Source: Candidatus Kapaibacterium sp.
GTDB lineage: Bacteria > Bacteroidota > Ignavibacteria > Kapaibacteriales > UBA4661
Direction of reading: 5' to 3'
Assembly: GCA_025455065.1 (NCBI GenBank)
Contig: JALONG010000011.1
Location: 27,738-91,737 of the forward strand
Length of the DNA: 64,000 nucleotides
Shown: one piece after another, positions 48,603 to 58,101 of the stretch
Layout: the number at the start of each line of letters is the position of its first letter
Numbering within the stretch: position 1 is the stretch's first letter
Notes under the pieces: generated by a model
What the model was told of the DNA's origin: nothing
The model's input: only the letters and a program-made list of their open reading frames with translations
The model's database searches: none
Made by a program: the position numbers and the translations under genes

Positions 48603-50642
48603 ATGGCTATTCTTGCGAACCTCACCATCAAAACCAAACTCATTCTGACGTTTGTGTTGTTGAACATTGCTATTCTTGTCGTCGGTATTATCGGCTACAA
48701 TGCCTCAAATCGCGCAGGTACAAGCGCCGAGCAGATTTTTGAGCAGAATCTTCAACCGATTATTCTATCATCCAAACTGTCGGAAATGTTCCAGCGAACC
48801 CGCGTGAATATCCGCGATGTGCTTATGGCTCCGACAGCCGCAGCACGACAAGAGTTTATGAACGAAACCCAGACTATCCGCTCTGCAACGGACAGGTCTA
48901 TTGCCGAATACGAAAAAGGTCTTTCTTCCGATGAAGAGCGCAGTATTTTCACAGAGTATCGCACACACTTGCAAAATTACCGTGATTTTCGCCAGCAAGT
49001 CTATACCACAGCCAATAACGGGAATTTGACGAGTGCAATCACCAGCCTCCAAACACAAGGTCCAATGCTCGGCGCAAAGGTGACGCAAAGTCTGGAACGC
49101 TTGGTGGAATACAACAAACGCCTTGCCGACAACAAAAAAACCGACACGCAAAACCTCATTGCCCGCTCCGCTTCTATTATTCTGGCAGTTATCGCCGGAG
49201 GCTTGGTTTTATCAATACTTCTTGCATGGCTGATTATCCGCACCATCAGCAAACCCATGGAAAAGCTGATGGTGGTTAATCAACATTTGGTCAATGGCAA
49301 TTTATCGGCAATTACTATTGACATTACCAGTAAGGATGAGTTTGGAACGCTGGCAGCAGCAACAAAAGACGTTATCGGTACATTGCAATCTGTCATCGCG
49401 GAAATCAGCACTCTCACACAATCCGCCGCCCAAGGACAACTCCAAACTCGCGCCAATGCAAGCCGTTTCAAAGGAGATTACCGGGAAATTTTGAACGGTG
49501 TAAATTCCACATTAGATGCCGTCGTTACGCCTATCGCCGAAACACGCCGCATCCTCGAAACCATGTCCGAAGGCGACTTCCGCGCTCGGATGACGGGTGA
49601 GTATCGCGGAGATTATGCTGCGTTGCAAGCCACACTCAACAGCACCTTGCTTGAAATTAACACCGTTTTGAGCCAAGTTCTTTCCTCGGTGCAGCAAGTG
49701 GACGCAGGCGGAAAACAGGTCGCTGCCGCCAGCAATGCCCTTTCCAACGGCGCTACGCAGCAAGCCGCAGCGTTGGAGGAAATATCAAGTTCCATGCACG
49801 AAATTGTTTCTCAAACAAAAACCAATGCCGAAAGTGCAACGCAGGCAAACCACCTCGCAACGCAATCACAATCGGCAGCAGACAACGGCAACGCTCAAAT
49901 GCAGGAACTGATTGCAGCCATGACCGATATTAACACATCCAGCGCTAACATTGCCCGTATCATTAAAGTTATTGACGAAATCGCCTTCCAAACCAATCTT
50001 CTTGCGCTGAATGCTGCTGTGGAAGCCGCTCGAGCAGGGAGACACGGCAAAGGCTTTGCGGTTGTTGCAGAAGAAGTACGCGCATTAGCAGGTCGCAGTG
50101 CAAAAGCTGCCCGCGAGACCGCAGAAATGATTGAAAATGCCGTCAAAAAAGCAGAAAATGGTGCAATGATTGCTCAACAAACCCAAAAAGCGCTGGACGA
50201 CATTATGCTGTTCTCAACCAAAGTGCAGGATATTGTTGCAGAAATTGCAGCATCCTCTGAAGAACAAGCGCAGTCAATTACGCAGGTTAATATCGGCTTG
50301 TCGCAAATTGACAAAGTAACCCAGCAAAATACTGCTTCCGCCGAAGAATCCGCCTCCGCCGCCGAAGAACTGTCGGGGCAATCATCGGAACTCACAAGAC
50401 TTGTTTCGCGCTTCAAATTGCAAGCACCAAATGGTCATCAAACCTTGCATTCAAGCCACACTAACGGACATCACGCCAACGGGCGCGTAGCCCAAACACA
50501 CGTGCAAGAACACAACAACTTCACACCGCTTCACAAGAGCAATAGCGGTCATCATTCTCCTCCTGCTCCGGCACAAAAAATGCTTGCGCAGCAATCAAAC
50601 ACGAAGATTGCTTTGGACGACCATGAGTTTGGGCGGTATTGA
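48603..50642 (+). CDS. Methyl-accepting chemotaxis protein (4HB sensor, HAMP domains)
   Basis: Two TMs, [44 protein letters not shown]-terminal LDDHEFGRY tail. Confidence 0.95.
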   Translation: MAILANLTIKTKLILTFVLLNIAILVVGIIGYNASNRAGTSAEQIFEQNLQPIILSSKLSEMFQRTRVNIRDVLMAPTAAARQEFMNETQTIRSATDRSIAEYEKGLSSDEERSIFTEYRTHLQNYRDFRQQVYTTANNGNLTSAITSLQTQGPMLGAKVTQSLERLVEYNKRLADNKKTDTQNLIARSASIILAVIAGGLVLSILLAWLIIRTISKPMEKLMVVNQHLVNGNLSAITIDITSKDEFGTLAAATKDVIGTLQSVIAEISTLTQSAAQGQLQTRANASRFKGDYREILNGVNSTLDAVVTPIAETRRILETMSEGDFRARMTGEYRGDYAALQATLNSTLLEINTVLSQVLSSVQQVDAGGKQVAAASNALSNGATQQAAALEEISSSMHEIVSQTKTNAESATQANHLATQSQSAADNGNAQMQELIAAMTDINTSSANIARIIKVIDEIAFQTNLLALNAAVEAARAGRHGKGFAVVAEEVRALAGRSAKAARETAEMIENAVKKAENGAMIAQQTQKALDDIMLFSTKVQDIVAEIAASSEEQAQSITQVNIGLSQIDKVTQQNTASAEESASAAEELSGQSSELTRLVSRFKLQAPNGHQTLHSSHTNGHHANGRVAQTHVQEHNNFTPLHKSNSGHHSPPAPAQKMLAQQSNTKIALDDHEFGRY

Positions 50643-50702
50643 AACATCCTCAACGGATATTGAAAGAATGTCGAGACGAGAGCATAAAAACTCTTCACAA
50701 TC

Positions 50703-50740
50703 AAAAAAGCCGCTTGAACACAAGGTTCAGCGGCTTTTTT
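50703..50740. terminator. Bidirectional terminator
   Basis: AAAAAAGCCGCT(T)GAAC...GTTCAGCGGCTTTTTT between convergent genes. Confidence 0.8.
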
Positions 50741-50771
50741 GGTGTTGATTTCATGCGGTAAATTGACTGCG

Positions 50772-53700
50772 TTACTTCCGCACAACCATCTTCTGACGAA
50801 AGACCTCGCGCGGCGTATAAAGTACGCACCAATACACGCCCGAAGCAAGGTTTTTCGCTTGAAACTCCAGTGAATATGCGCCTTTTGCTTTTGTGCCGCT
50901 CACAAGCTCCGTAATCGGCTTGCCCAGAGCGTCCGTAATTTCTATGCGCACGGGCATTTCCACGCCGAGTTCGTATTCTATGCGCGTCACATCGCTAAAC
51001 GGATTCGGAACATTTGCCAGAAGCCGCGTTTGTCCAAATGTTTCGACGGAATTCTGTTGAGCAGAAGAAGTCTGCAAAACCGCGTTATTACTTGCTTCCG
51101 CATTGGTCATCGTGCTGCCGCCCGGGCGGGCGCGTCCGGTGGTGAACGTCCAAATTTCCGACCAACCGCCGTTCATTAAGCCAAACCGCGCCCTGACACG
51201 CCAGAAATACTGCCTGTTCACGCCAAAGTCTGTTACAAACCACGTTGTATCAGTGAGTTGGTCATTGTTCAAATAAATCAAATCGAAGAGCGAATCGTTG
51301 GCAATCTGCACCTGATACAGAAATGCTCCCGGTACACGCGACCACACAAAACGATTTCCAAAAGGCGACAAACCTGTGGTCAAGTTTGAGGGCGCAATCA
51401 AAAAGGGAATTGTTGGAATCGCCGGTGGCGGAGGCGGTGCAATAACATCAATATCTAAAAACCGCACAATCGAAGAAAATCCGTTGGAAATTGTTACGGT
51501 GATTCGCGCTCTTCCCGTGCGACCATCTACGGGCGTAGCAATGATGCGGTATTGATTCCCGCCCAAATCCACAACCCGTACGTTGCCAACAGGCACAAGT
51601 GCTTCATTGGAACTTTGAATGGAGAAGGTTATCGGGAAGCCGCTTCCGTCCTCAACGCGAATGGTCGAGGAGGTTTCTCTGCCGCGCTCGGTTGTGAGGC
51701 TTGACGGAGCAAATTCCCCGCCAACAGGCGGCGGAATCACGGTCAGGCGGAAACTTGTGTTTGCGCTTAACCCTTGCGAATTTGTTACTGTCAACGTTAT
51801 GTCACTTGTGCCGGATTGATTGAGCGACGGAGCAAGGTTTAATGCCCTCGTTGTGCCGCTTCCCAGCACTTGCATACGGCTCACCGGCTGCAAAGTCTGG
51901 TTGGTGGATTCAAAGGAAAACCGCACTTGATTCACGTCCAAATGGTCGGTCACCGTGAAATTGCGCGTTGCCGATTGATTCTGCCCAATGGTGATATTTC
52001 CTATCGGCGAAATTGTCGGCGGCAATAACGGCGGTACGACTGTTACGGTAAAATCAAGCGTTGCAACTTGTCCTTGCTGATTCACGCCCGTAATCGTAAT
52101 TGTCGAAACGCCAAGTTGGTTAAACGCCGGACTCATCGTAATGGTGCGCAACGTTCCCGCGCCGGACAAAAAGAGGTTGCTATTCGGAAACAGCGCTTGA
52201 TTGGACGAAACCGCCGAAAGTTGCAGTGTTGCCAAATTTTCATCACTCGCCACAAACTGCATGGAAATAGGCGTGTTGCGGAATGTCGTCAAATTGACCA
52301 CCGCTCGAAGCGTTGGTGCTGCCGGAGGAGGAACGACCGTGGCAAGAAAACTTGTCTGCACCGACAAACCAAAGGAATTTGTTACCGTCAGCGTAATGAG
52401 CGAACTACCCACTTGATTTGGTGCGGGTGTCAGCGATATAATACGCTGTGTTCCGGAGCCGCTCACGATGATATTGCTCACCGGAAAAACGCTCGGATTC
52501 GAGGATGCAACCGAAAAGCGCAAACTCGTAATATCGGCATCACCAACAGTGAACATCGTCGAAACGGGTACATTTCGTGCGGTTGTTACGCTGCCAATCG
52601 CTCCAAGGCTGGGCGGAGTCTGATTTTGAAAAACGGTCACGGGAAAACTTATAGTCGTGGAAAGCCCGCGAATGTTCGTTACGGTCATAGTGATTATTGC
52701 CGTGCCGATTTGATTCGGTGCAGGCGTTATCGTTACCGTGCGCCCTTGCAGTCCTTGTGCTGTAACGCTGATGTTTGATGTCGGGATTAAGCCCGGATTC
52801 GAGGATGAAAACTGAAATGTGAGCGTACTTGCATCCAAATCTTCCACCGTAAAACTTTGACGAACAGGCGTATTGACAGGCGTTGTAAGCGCAGGTATCT
52901 GCCCCACGCGAGGCGGTGCCACAAAAATTGTCCGCAAAACACCGAAGGCAGCGAGGTTGTTTTGATTCCGCACACCGATATTGAGCGTTACTTCACCAAA
53001 ACGGTTCTGAAGCGGCGTAACAGTGAGCGTTCTGTTTACACCGGAACCTGTAATCACGATACCGGAATTCGCCAAAATATCAGGATTTGCCGACGACGGC
53101 GTGATAGTAACAGTATTCGGGTTCGCGTCAATAATCCGAAACGGTACGGTAAAGAGCGTATTTTGGGGCAAAATCGTATCGCGCAAGCCCTCCACCACAG
53201 GCGGGTCGCCGGGCAGAACAGAATACAGCGAAAATGCGGTCGAAGCGCTTAATCCCGAAGCATTCGTAGCGCGAAGCTGCACCACGACGCGCCCACGCTG
53301 CCCCGCATTGGGGCGAAGCGTAATTTGCCGCGATGACCCCGTTCCGCTTAGTGTTATCGCGGATGCAGGCAAAATCTCCGGTGTGGAACTGAACGCAAAC
53401 ACTGTTACGTTTTGCGCACCCGCAGCGTCCAAGACTGTAAAGAGTGCTGAAACAGGTGTTCCTGCGGCAGTCGCTAAATCAGGAAGGTTTGTTATTGTCG
53501 GAGCTTGTGCCGGAGCGGGTTGCGTAATGGTCAGCGTAAAGGATGTGCGCGACGAAAAACCGCTTTGATTGGTCGCAAAAACGGTAATAACAACACTGCC
53601 CAAAAAGTTAATACTGGGCGTAACCGTGAGTGTCCGCGAAGTGCCGAAGCCACCGAACACCAAGCCGCTTTGTGGTACAATCGCCGCATTATCCGAACTC

Positions 53701-54419
53701 GCCGACACGGTAACGGTGCCGGGGCTTGCGTCGGTAATCGTAAAAGGAATCGTAATCGGCGTTCCTGCCGGTGTGCTTGTGGGTGAAATAGGGCTGATAA
53801 CAGGGCTGAAATTTGCCCCGCCCACCGTTATACGAAATGTCATCAGCGTATTTTGTCCCATCGCATTAGTCGCCACAATCGAAATTTGCGTTGTTCCGCT
53901 TTGTCCTGAAGTCGGCGTAATCGTGATTTGACGCAGTGCGCCGCTTTGCGAAATAACGATATTGTTATCGGCAATAAGCGAAGGATTGTCTGACAAACCC
54001 AGAACGGAAACCGTGTTGGGGTTTACATCGAACACCGAAACCGACACCGAAAGCGGCGTATTGAGCGGAGTTGTCTGGTCGGAAATTTGCGAAAGCCCTA
54101 ATTGTTGGGCAGAAAGCCGCCCCAGTGCAAAAAACATCAGTACACTCCACACCAGCGCAAGCAATAACGCCATTCGGACAAGTTGCGCATTTCCCTTTGC
54201 ATCTCGCAGCAAAGTGGCTTCTCGGCGCGAAGGAGGAATACCGGAAGACGCTTGCAACGAGGGTTGAATGCGGGTTTCCGGCAGAGAGTCCTGCGCCGAC
54301 GAAAAAAATTGTTGTGAATATGGTCGCATAGTACGTAATCCTGAAAAATAGAACGAATGAAGGACAATAGCCTCTTTGCTGCTCAGGCTTGCCAAAACGG
54401 GCAAAAGGAACGCCGTCAA
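50772..54419 (-). CDS. Secreted protein with ~9 tandem Ig/cadherin-like repeats, FN3-like domain and T9SS type-A CTD
   Basis: Repeats of ~95 aa (P.I..I....T..NT....F.V.D....SSN..L.P......G.G..R...ITP.....G...IT..TN); C-terminal NVPNPFS...ASGVY. Start uncertain. Confidence 0.85.
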   Translation of the reverse strand: MTAFLLPVLASLSSKEAIVLHSFYFSGLRTMRPYSQQFFSSAQDSLPETRIQPSLQASSGIPPSRREATLLRDAKGNAQLVRMALLLALVWSVLMFFALGRLSAQQLGLSQISDQTTPLNTPLSVSVSVFDVNPNTVSVLGLSDNPSLIADNNIVISQSGALRQITITPTSGQSGTTQISIVATNAMGQNTLMTFRITVGGANFSPVISPISPTSTPAGTPITIPFTITDASPGTVTVSASSDNAAIVPQSGLVFGGFGTSRTLTVTPSINFLGSVVITVFATNQSGFSSRTSFTLTITQPAPAQAPTITNLPDLATAAGTPVSALFTVLDAAGAQNVTVFAFSSTPEILPASAITLSGTGSSRQITLRPNAGQRGRVVVQLRATNASGLSASTAFSLYSVLPGDPPVVEGLRDTILPQNTLFTVPFRIIDANPNTVTITPSSANPDILANSGIVITGSGVNRTLTVTPLQNRFGEVTLNIGVRNQNNLAAFGVLRTIFVAPPRVGQIPALTTPVNTPVRQSFTVEDLDASTLTFQFSSSNPGLIPTSNISVTAQGLQGRTVTITPAPNQIGTAIITMTVTNIRGLSTTISFPVTVFQNQTPPSLGAIGSVTTARNVPVSTMFTVGDADITSLRFSVASSNPSVFPVSNIIVSGSGTQRIISLTPAPNQVGSSLITLTVTNSFGLSVQTSFLATVVPPPAAPTLRAVVNLTTFRNTPISMQFVASDENLATLQLSAVSSNQALFPNSNLFLSGAGTLRTITMSPAFNQLGVSTITITGVNQQGQVATLDFTVTVVPPLLPPTISPIGNITIGQNQSATRNFTVTDHLDVNQVRFSFESTNQTLQPVSRMQVLGSGTTRALNLAPSLNQSGTSDITLTVTNSQGLSANTSFRLTVIPPPVGGEFAPSSLTTERGRETSSTIRVEDGSGFPITFSIQSSNEALVPVGNVRVVDLGGNQYRIIATPVDGRTGRARITVTISNGFSSIVRFLDIDVIAPPPPPAIPTIPFLIAPSNLTTGLSPFGNRFVWSRVPGAFLYQVQIANDSLFDLIYLNNDQLTDTTWFVTDFGVNRQYFWRVRARFGLMNGGWSEIWTFTTGRARPGGSTMTNAEASNNAVLQTSSAQQNSVETFGQTRLLANVPNPFSDVTRIEYELGVEMPVRIEITDALGKPITELVSGTKAKGAYSLEFQAKNLASGVYWCVLYTPREVFRQKMVVRK

Positions 54420-54521
54420 ACCTTATGTTTACGACATTCCTCCCCCGTATTCATACTTTTTTGCTGAAAGTGGTTGTGCAATTCCAACGATTCATCAAAA
54501 CGATGGGTTAGAAACGATGCG

Positions 54522-56186
54522 TTAGAAGCGGAAATTAGCGGAAACAAAGCCAAATGTAGGCTGTCCGCTACCGATATTACCCAAACCCTGCCGTAAAATG
54601 CGCGTGTCGGTCGTAACGTCTAATGTGAAATTACCAAAGACCAAACCAAAGCCTAACGAAACGCCTTCCGAAAGTGCGTAGCCGAAATACGAGGGGAACA
54701 CCACATCATTGCTTCGAGCTGTGGAACTGTATCCGGCATATCCGGCGCGAAGGCGTAGCCAATCAATCACAGAATACTCAACACCGATATTCCAACGCGG
54801 CAAAATCAGTTCCGAAGAAACGAATGACGCGCCCGGGACGCTCTGACTTGGCGGATTACCGCCGCTATTGCTCGAAAGGCTGATACCACCAACAAAGAAC
54901 AACGGTCCAACAACGTAATTGAAGCCAATTCCGGCATCAATGCCTGTTATGTTGCCATAGAAGGGTGAGCCGCTCTGAAGGGTATAAAGATTTGCCATCG
55001 GGATAATGGTGAACTGCTTGGAAATCCGCGAAATGTAGCGGGCGTTCAAAGCAAGAATGGTATTGCTGAAGCCAAGTGTTCCGTTAGTTGAACCCGGAAT
55101 CGGTAGCACAACTCGCGGCAGAAGCAATGTTGCCGACAAATCCAGCATAGATACTTGATTGGTCGTAATCAACACTCCGGCATTGAAGCCAATTTGCGTG
55201 ATGTTCGCCGCAGGTTGTGGTCTTGGTCCGACAGCAAGAGGCGCGAGTGAGGTCGTTGTGAACGATACGCCCGCACCCATAACAACACCGCCACCTTGTC
55301 CGCCACCTTTGCCGTCTCCGGTGTTGTAGGTTACTTGCAGTTGCCCGTTATTCCGTGCGCGGAGCTGGTTAAAGCCGGGAAGCGGTGCGGGACCGCCCGG
55401 ATACTGACTTGCCAAGCCCAAAACGCTGTTCAGCGCAATCGTATTGACCGCATCGGTATTGACTGCCCCAATGCCGGGAAAGGATTCAAACGAAACCATA
55501 CCGCCAACGGTTACACGCGGACTGACATCGAAAATAGCACCGATAAACGGACCGCCGAAATTGCTCAAGGGCTGAGAATTTGCTCCGGCTACTGAGCCTG
55601 CATTCACAAAAATGGCATTGCGAAAACGGTCTGCATATGCGGGGTTGATGGTAAGCGAATACGAATCCACAATAAACGGATTTGCCGCGTAGGTGCGAAT
55701 GTCGCCCCCCATACCGAAACCACCACCACCCAATGCCGCATGGCGAGCCAGAGAACCGACTTGAAGCGGATGCTCAATAGAAGCCAGCGTACTAATACAA
55801 AGCGTACAGTAATCTATTGGGGGCTGTGTCGGGCGAGCAACCACAGGACGTGGCGCTTGAGTTTGCACCGGACGTGCAGCAGTGCCTGTGCGAGGCGCAC
55901 CGGGGCGGGTCGCTCCGGCAGGACGCGCTTGTGTCGTACTGACACGCGGCGTTGTTTGAGGCGGGTCGTTGGCGATTGCGGCGGGTTGCTGCTGCGTTGT
56001 TGCCGGGCGTGCTGCCGCTCCGCCACCTGCGGGACGTGCCGCAGTGCCGCCTGCGGGACGTGCCGCATTAGTTCTGGTTGCCGCGCCGCCACGATTATTG
56101 GTTGGAGGTCGGCGTGTTGCTTGGCTCCAAACCGTGTATGACGCAAGGCAGAGTAGCGCCACACAGAAAAAGACTGAACGTTTCAT
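54522..56186 (-). CDS. Outer-membrane beta-barrel protein (FadL/PorV-like) with Pro/Ala/Arg-rich N-terminal extension
   Basis: Signal peptide MKRSVFF, AARP repeats, R..ALGG and INPA motifs, WLRLRAGY, terminal Phe. Confidence 0.6.
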   Translation of the reverse strand: MKRSVFFCVALLCLASYTVWSQATRRPPTNNRGGAATRTNAARPAGGTAARPAGGGAAARPATTQQQPAAIANDPPQTTPRVSTTQARPAGATRPGAPRTGTAARPVQTQAPRPVVARPTQPPIDYCTLCISTLASIEHPLQVGSLARHAALGGGGFGMGGDIRTYAANPFIVDSYSLTINPAYADRFRNAIFVNAGSVAGANSQPLSNFGGPFIGAIFDVSPRVTVGGMVSFESFPGIGAVNTDAVNTIALNSVLGLASQYPGGPAPLPGFNQLRARNNGQLQVTYNTGDGKGGGQGGGVVMGAGVSFTTTSLAPLAVGPRPQPAANITQIGFNAGVLITTNQVSMLDLSATLLLPRVVLPIPGSTNGTLGFSNTILALNARYISRISKQFTIIPMANLYTLQSGSPFYGNITGIDAGIGFNYVVGPLFFVGGISLSSNSGGNPPSQSVPGASFVSSELILPRWNIGVEYSVIDWLRLRAGYAGYSSTARSNDVVFPSYFGYALSEGVSLGFGLVFGNFTLDVTTDTRILRQGLGNIGSGQPTFGFVSANFRF

Positions 56187-56234
56187 ACCTGCGTCTCCGA
56201 GGAATTTTTGATTAGTTACTTGGTTGCGTTGTTT

Positions 56235-56344
56235 GAGTCGTTGGTCGTTGGTCATTAGTCGTTGGGCGTTAGTCATTTGTCAGCACGTAATAGCGCTTCC
56301 AAGCACCCATCAACTAAAACCTATGACCTAGAACCTAATACTTC
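56235..56344. repeat. Opposed heptamer tandem arrays (STRR-like)
   Basis: GAGTCGT TGGTCGT TGGTCAT TAGTCGT TGGGCGT TAGTCAT TTGTCAG, then CAACTAA AACCTAT GACCTAG AACCTAA. Confidence 0.8.
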
Positions 56345-57604
56345 TCACTGCTGCTCTTCCGCAGGCTGTTCTTCGCCTGCTTGAGCGCCTTGTTGGGTTT
56401 GTGAGATGATATTGGTGTCGGGTAGAATGTTAAATACGTTATTCAATTCGTCATCGCTGAAGAAATTATCGTCAATATCAAGGTCGCGCAAACGCTTGAG
56501 TTTGCCGATTTCAAGCGGAAGATTTGCCAAAGAATTGGTGCGCAGATATATGGTGCGCAAATTCGTTGCCAAGCCCAAGGCAGCAGGAATCTGGGTCAGA
56601 CGGTTTTCGCTGGCATCCAAAAACTCCAACTTTGTGAGTTTACCGATTTCCGGCGGAAGTTTTTTCAGAAGATTCGTTGCCAAATTCAGTTGCTTCAGGT
56701 TTTGCAACCGTGAAAGTTCCGGCGGAAGCAAATCTATTTGATTAACGCTTGCATTGAGAATTTGCAGTTTTGTCAAATTGCCGATTTCACGAGGAAGTTC
56801 GGAAAGCTGATTCTGACTGATGTTCAGGTATTGCAGATTGCGAAAGCGTCCGATTTCCGGTGGAAGTTTTTTCATACCGTTATTCTGCAAGTCAAGTTTG
56901 ACAACGGCATCGGGATTTTTCAAGCCTTCTTCAATGGAAGTAACGCCCTGCATATTTTCCAGCGCATCTTCGTCCAACATTCCGACGGGCGAAGTATTAA
57001 AAGCGCTGTTATAGGGACCGTTCAACCGCGCATCGTTCATGCGGTCAAGGCTTGAGCCTACGGGCGCTTCGCCGCGCAGCATGGCAATTTCCTCGCGGAG
57101 TGCGTCGTTTTCGCTTTTGAGTAAATCCACTTGATTGCGCAAAACTTCAACTTCCTGCGCAAGCAACGATTCATTCGCCCCTGCCGAAAAACCGCTTACA
57201 TCCATCATTTGCGCTTGTTCGATTTCGCGTTCAATAGCAAACTGGCTGCCGTCGGGCATTTTGATAATATTGTCATACATTCGCCGAGCAGTCAGCAAAT
57301 TCGACACGGCGCGGTCTTTGTCGCGTAAATCCTTATAGACAAGACCAATCATCTCGTGTGCGGCGGCTTGCCAATAGCGGCTTTTGGTCTGCTTTGCCAA
57401 ACTCAGACCTTTATTCAAAAAATACAAGGCGTTTTCAGCGTCGCCACCTTCGCGGTACGACATTCCCAGCTTGATAAACCGGGCGCTGAGGTCTTTGGAG
57501 CTTTGCTTGCGCTGCGCAAAGCCGTCGTAATGAATCGTCATTACGAGCGACCCCGCCACCAGCGCGGCGCTGCTCACGAACCGGAGAAAGCGTGCGTACA
57601 TCAT
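56345..57604 (-). CDS. Exported TPR + coiled-coil + leucine-rich-repeat protein
   Basis: Signal-like N-terminus, TPR-like helices, 23-aa LRRs (LPPEIGKLTKLEFLDASENRL). Confidence 0.85.
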   Translation of the reverse strand: MMYARFLRFVSSAALVAGSLVMTIHYDGFAQRKQSSKDLSARFIKLGMSYREGGDAENALYFLNKGLSLAKQTKSRYWQAAAHEMIGLVYKDLRDKDRAVSNLLTARRMYDNIIKMPDGSQFAIEREIEQAQMMDVSGFSAGANESLLAQEVEVLRNQVDLLKSENDALREEIAMLRGEAPVGSSLDRMNDARLNGPYNSAFNTSPVGMLDEDALENMQGVTSIEEGLKNPDAVVKLDLQNNGMKKLPPEIGRFRNLQYLNISQNQLSELPREIGNLTKLQILNASVNQIDLLPPELSRLQNLKQLNLATNLLKKLPPEIGKLTKLEFLDASENRLTQIPAALGLATNLRTIYLRTNSLANLPLEIGKLKRLRDLDIDDNFFSDDELNNVFNILPDTNIISQTQQGAQAGEEQPAEEQQ

Positions 57605-58039
57605 AGCGTCTCCATTATGGATACAATGAATGAAACTGTTGTTGATATTTGACTTAATGTTACAAAAAGCATATTACATAGCAAGAGTTTTCCACAATCG
57701 CAGTAATGATGCGGCGTACAAGACTTTTTTTGAGGGCTGGTAAGGGACAATCTATCGCTTTTCCGCTTATGCAGCATACCATCGTCGTTGTCGTTCTCAT
57801 TATGAGTTCACCAAACGACACATCGGTTTATTGTTCCAAAATGATGCTCAGTATTAGGCGCAGCATTTCAATTCCACACCGCACATCAAGAAGCATAAAC
57901 CTCTTCTTCCCCGCATCAAACCTACCTTCATGCGGTATCATTCTTGCGGATTGAATGAGTGCTTTTTCACCTCAGATATGATTATTCAATTAGCGTGCCA
58001 AAAAATACACAACTCTTGTACTTTTTTCCGTATCAGCAC

Positions 58040-58090
58040 AAAAAAAAGCCGCTCCACAAGGCACAAAACCTTGCGGAGCGTCTTGTTTGT
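58040..58090 (-). terminator. Probable terminator of the large LRR/IPT gene
   Basis: CGCTCCACAAGG / CCTTGCGGAGCG stem next to an A-run (U-run on the minus strand). Confidence 0.65.
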
Positions 58091-58101
58091 TTGGTTCAAC
58101 C

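Noticed and set aside
57605..58039. Small ORFs or ncRNA in the long intergenic gap
   Set aside because: No recognisable protein motifs or convincing structure.
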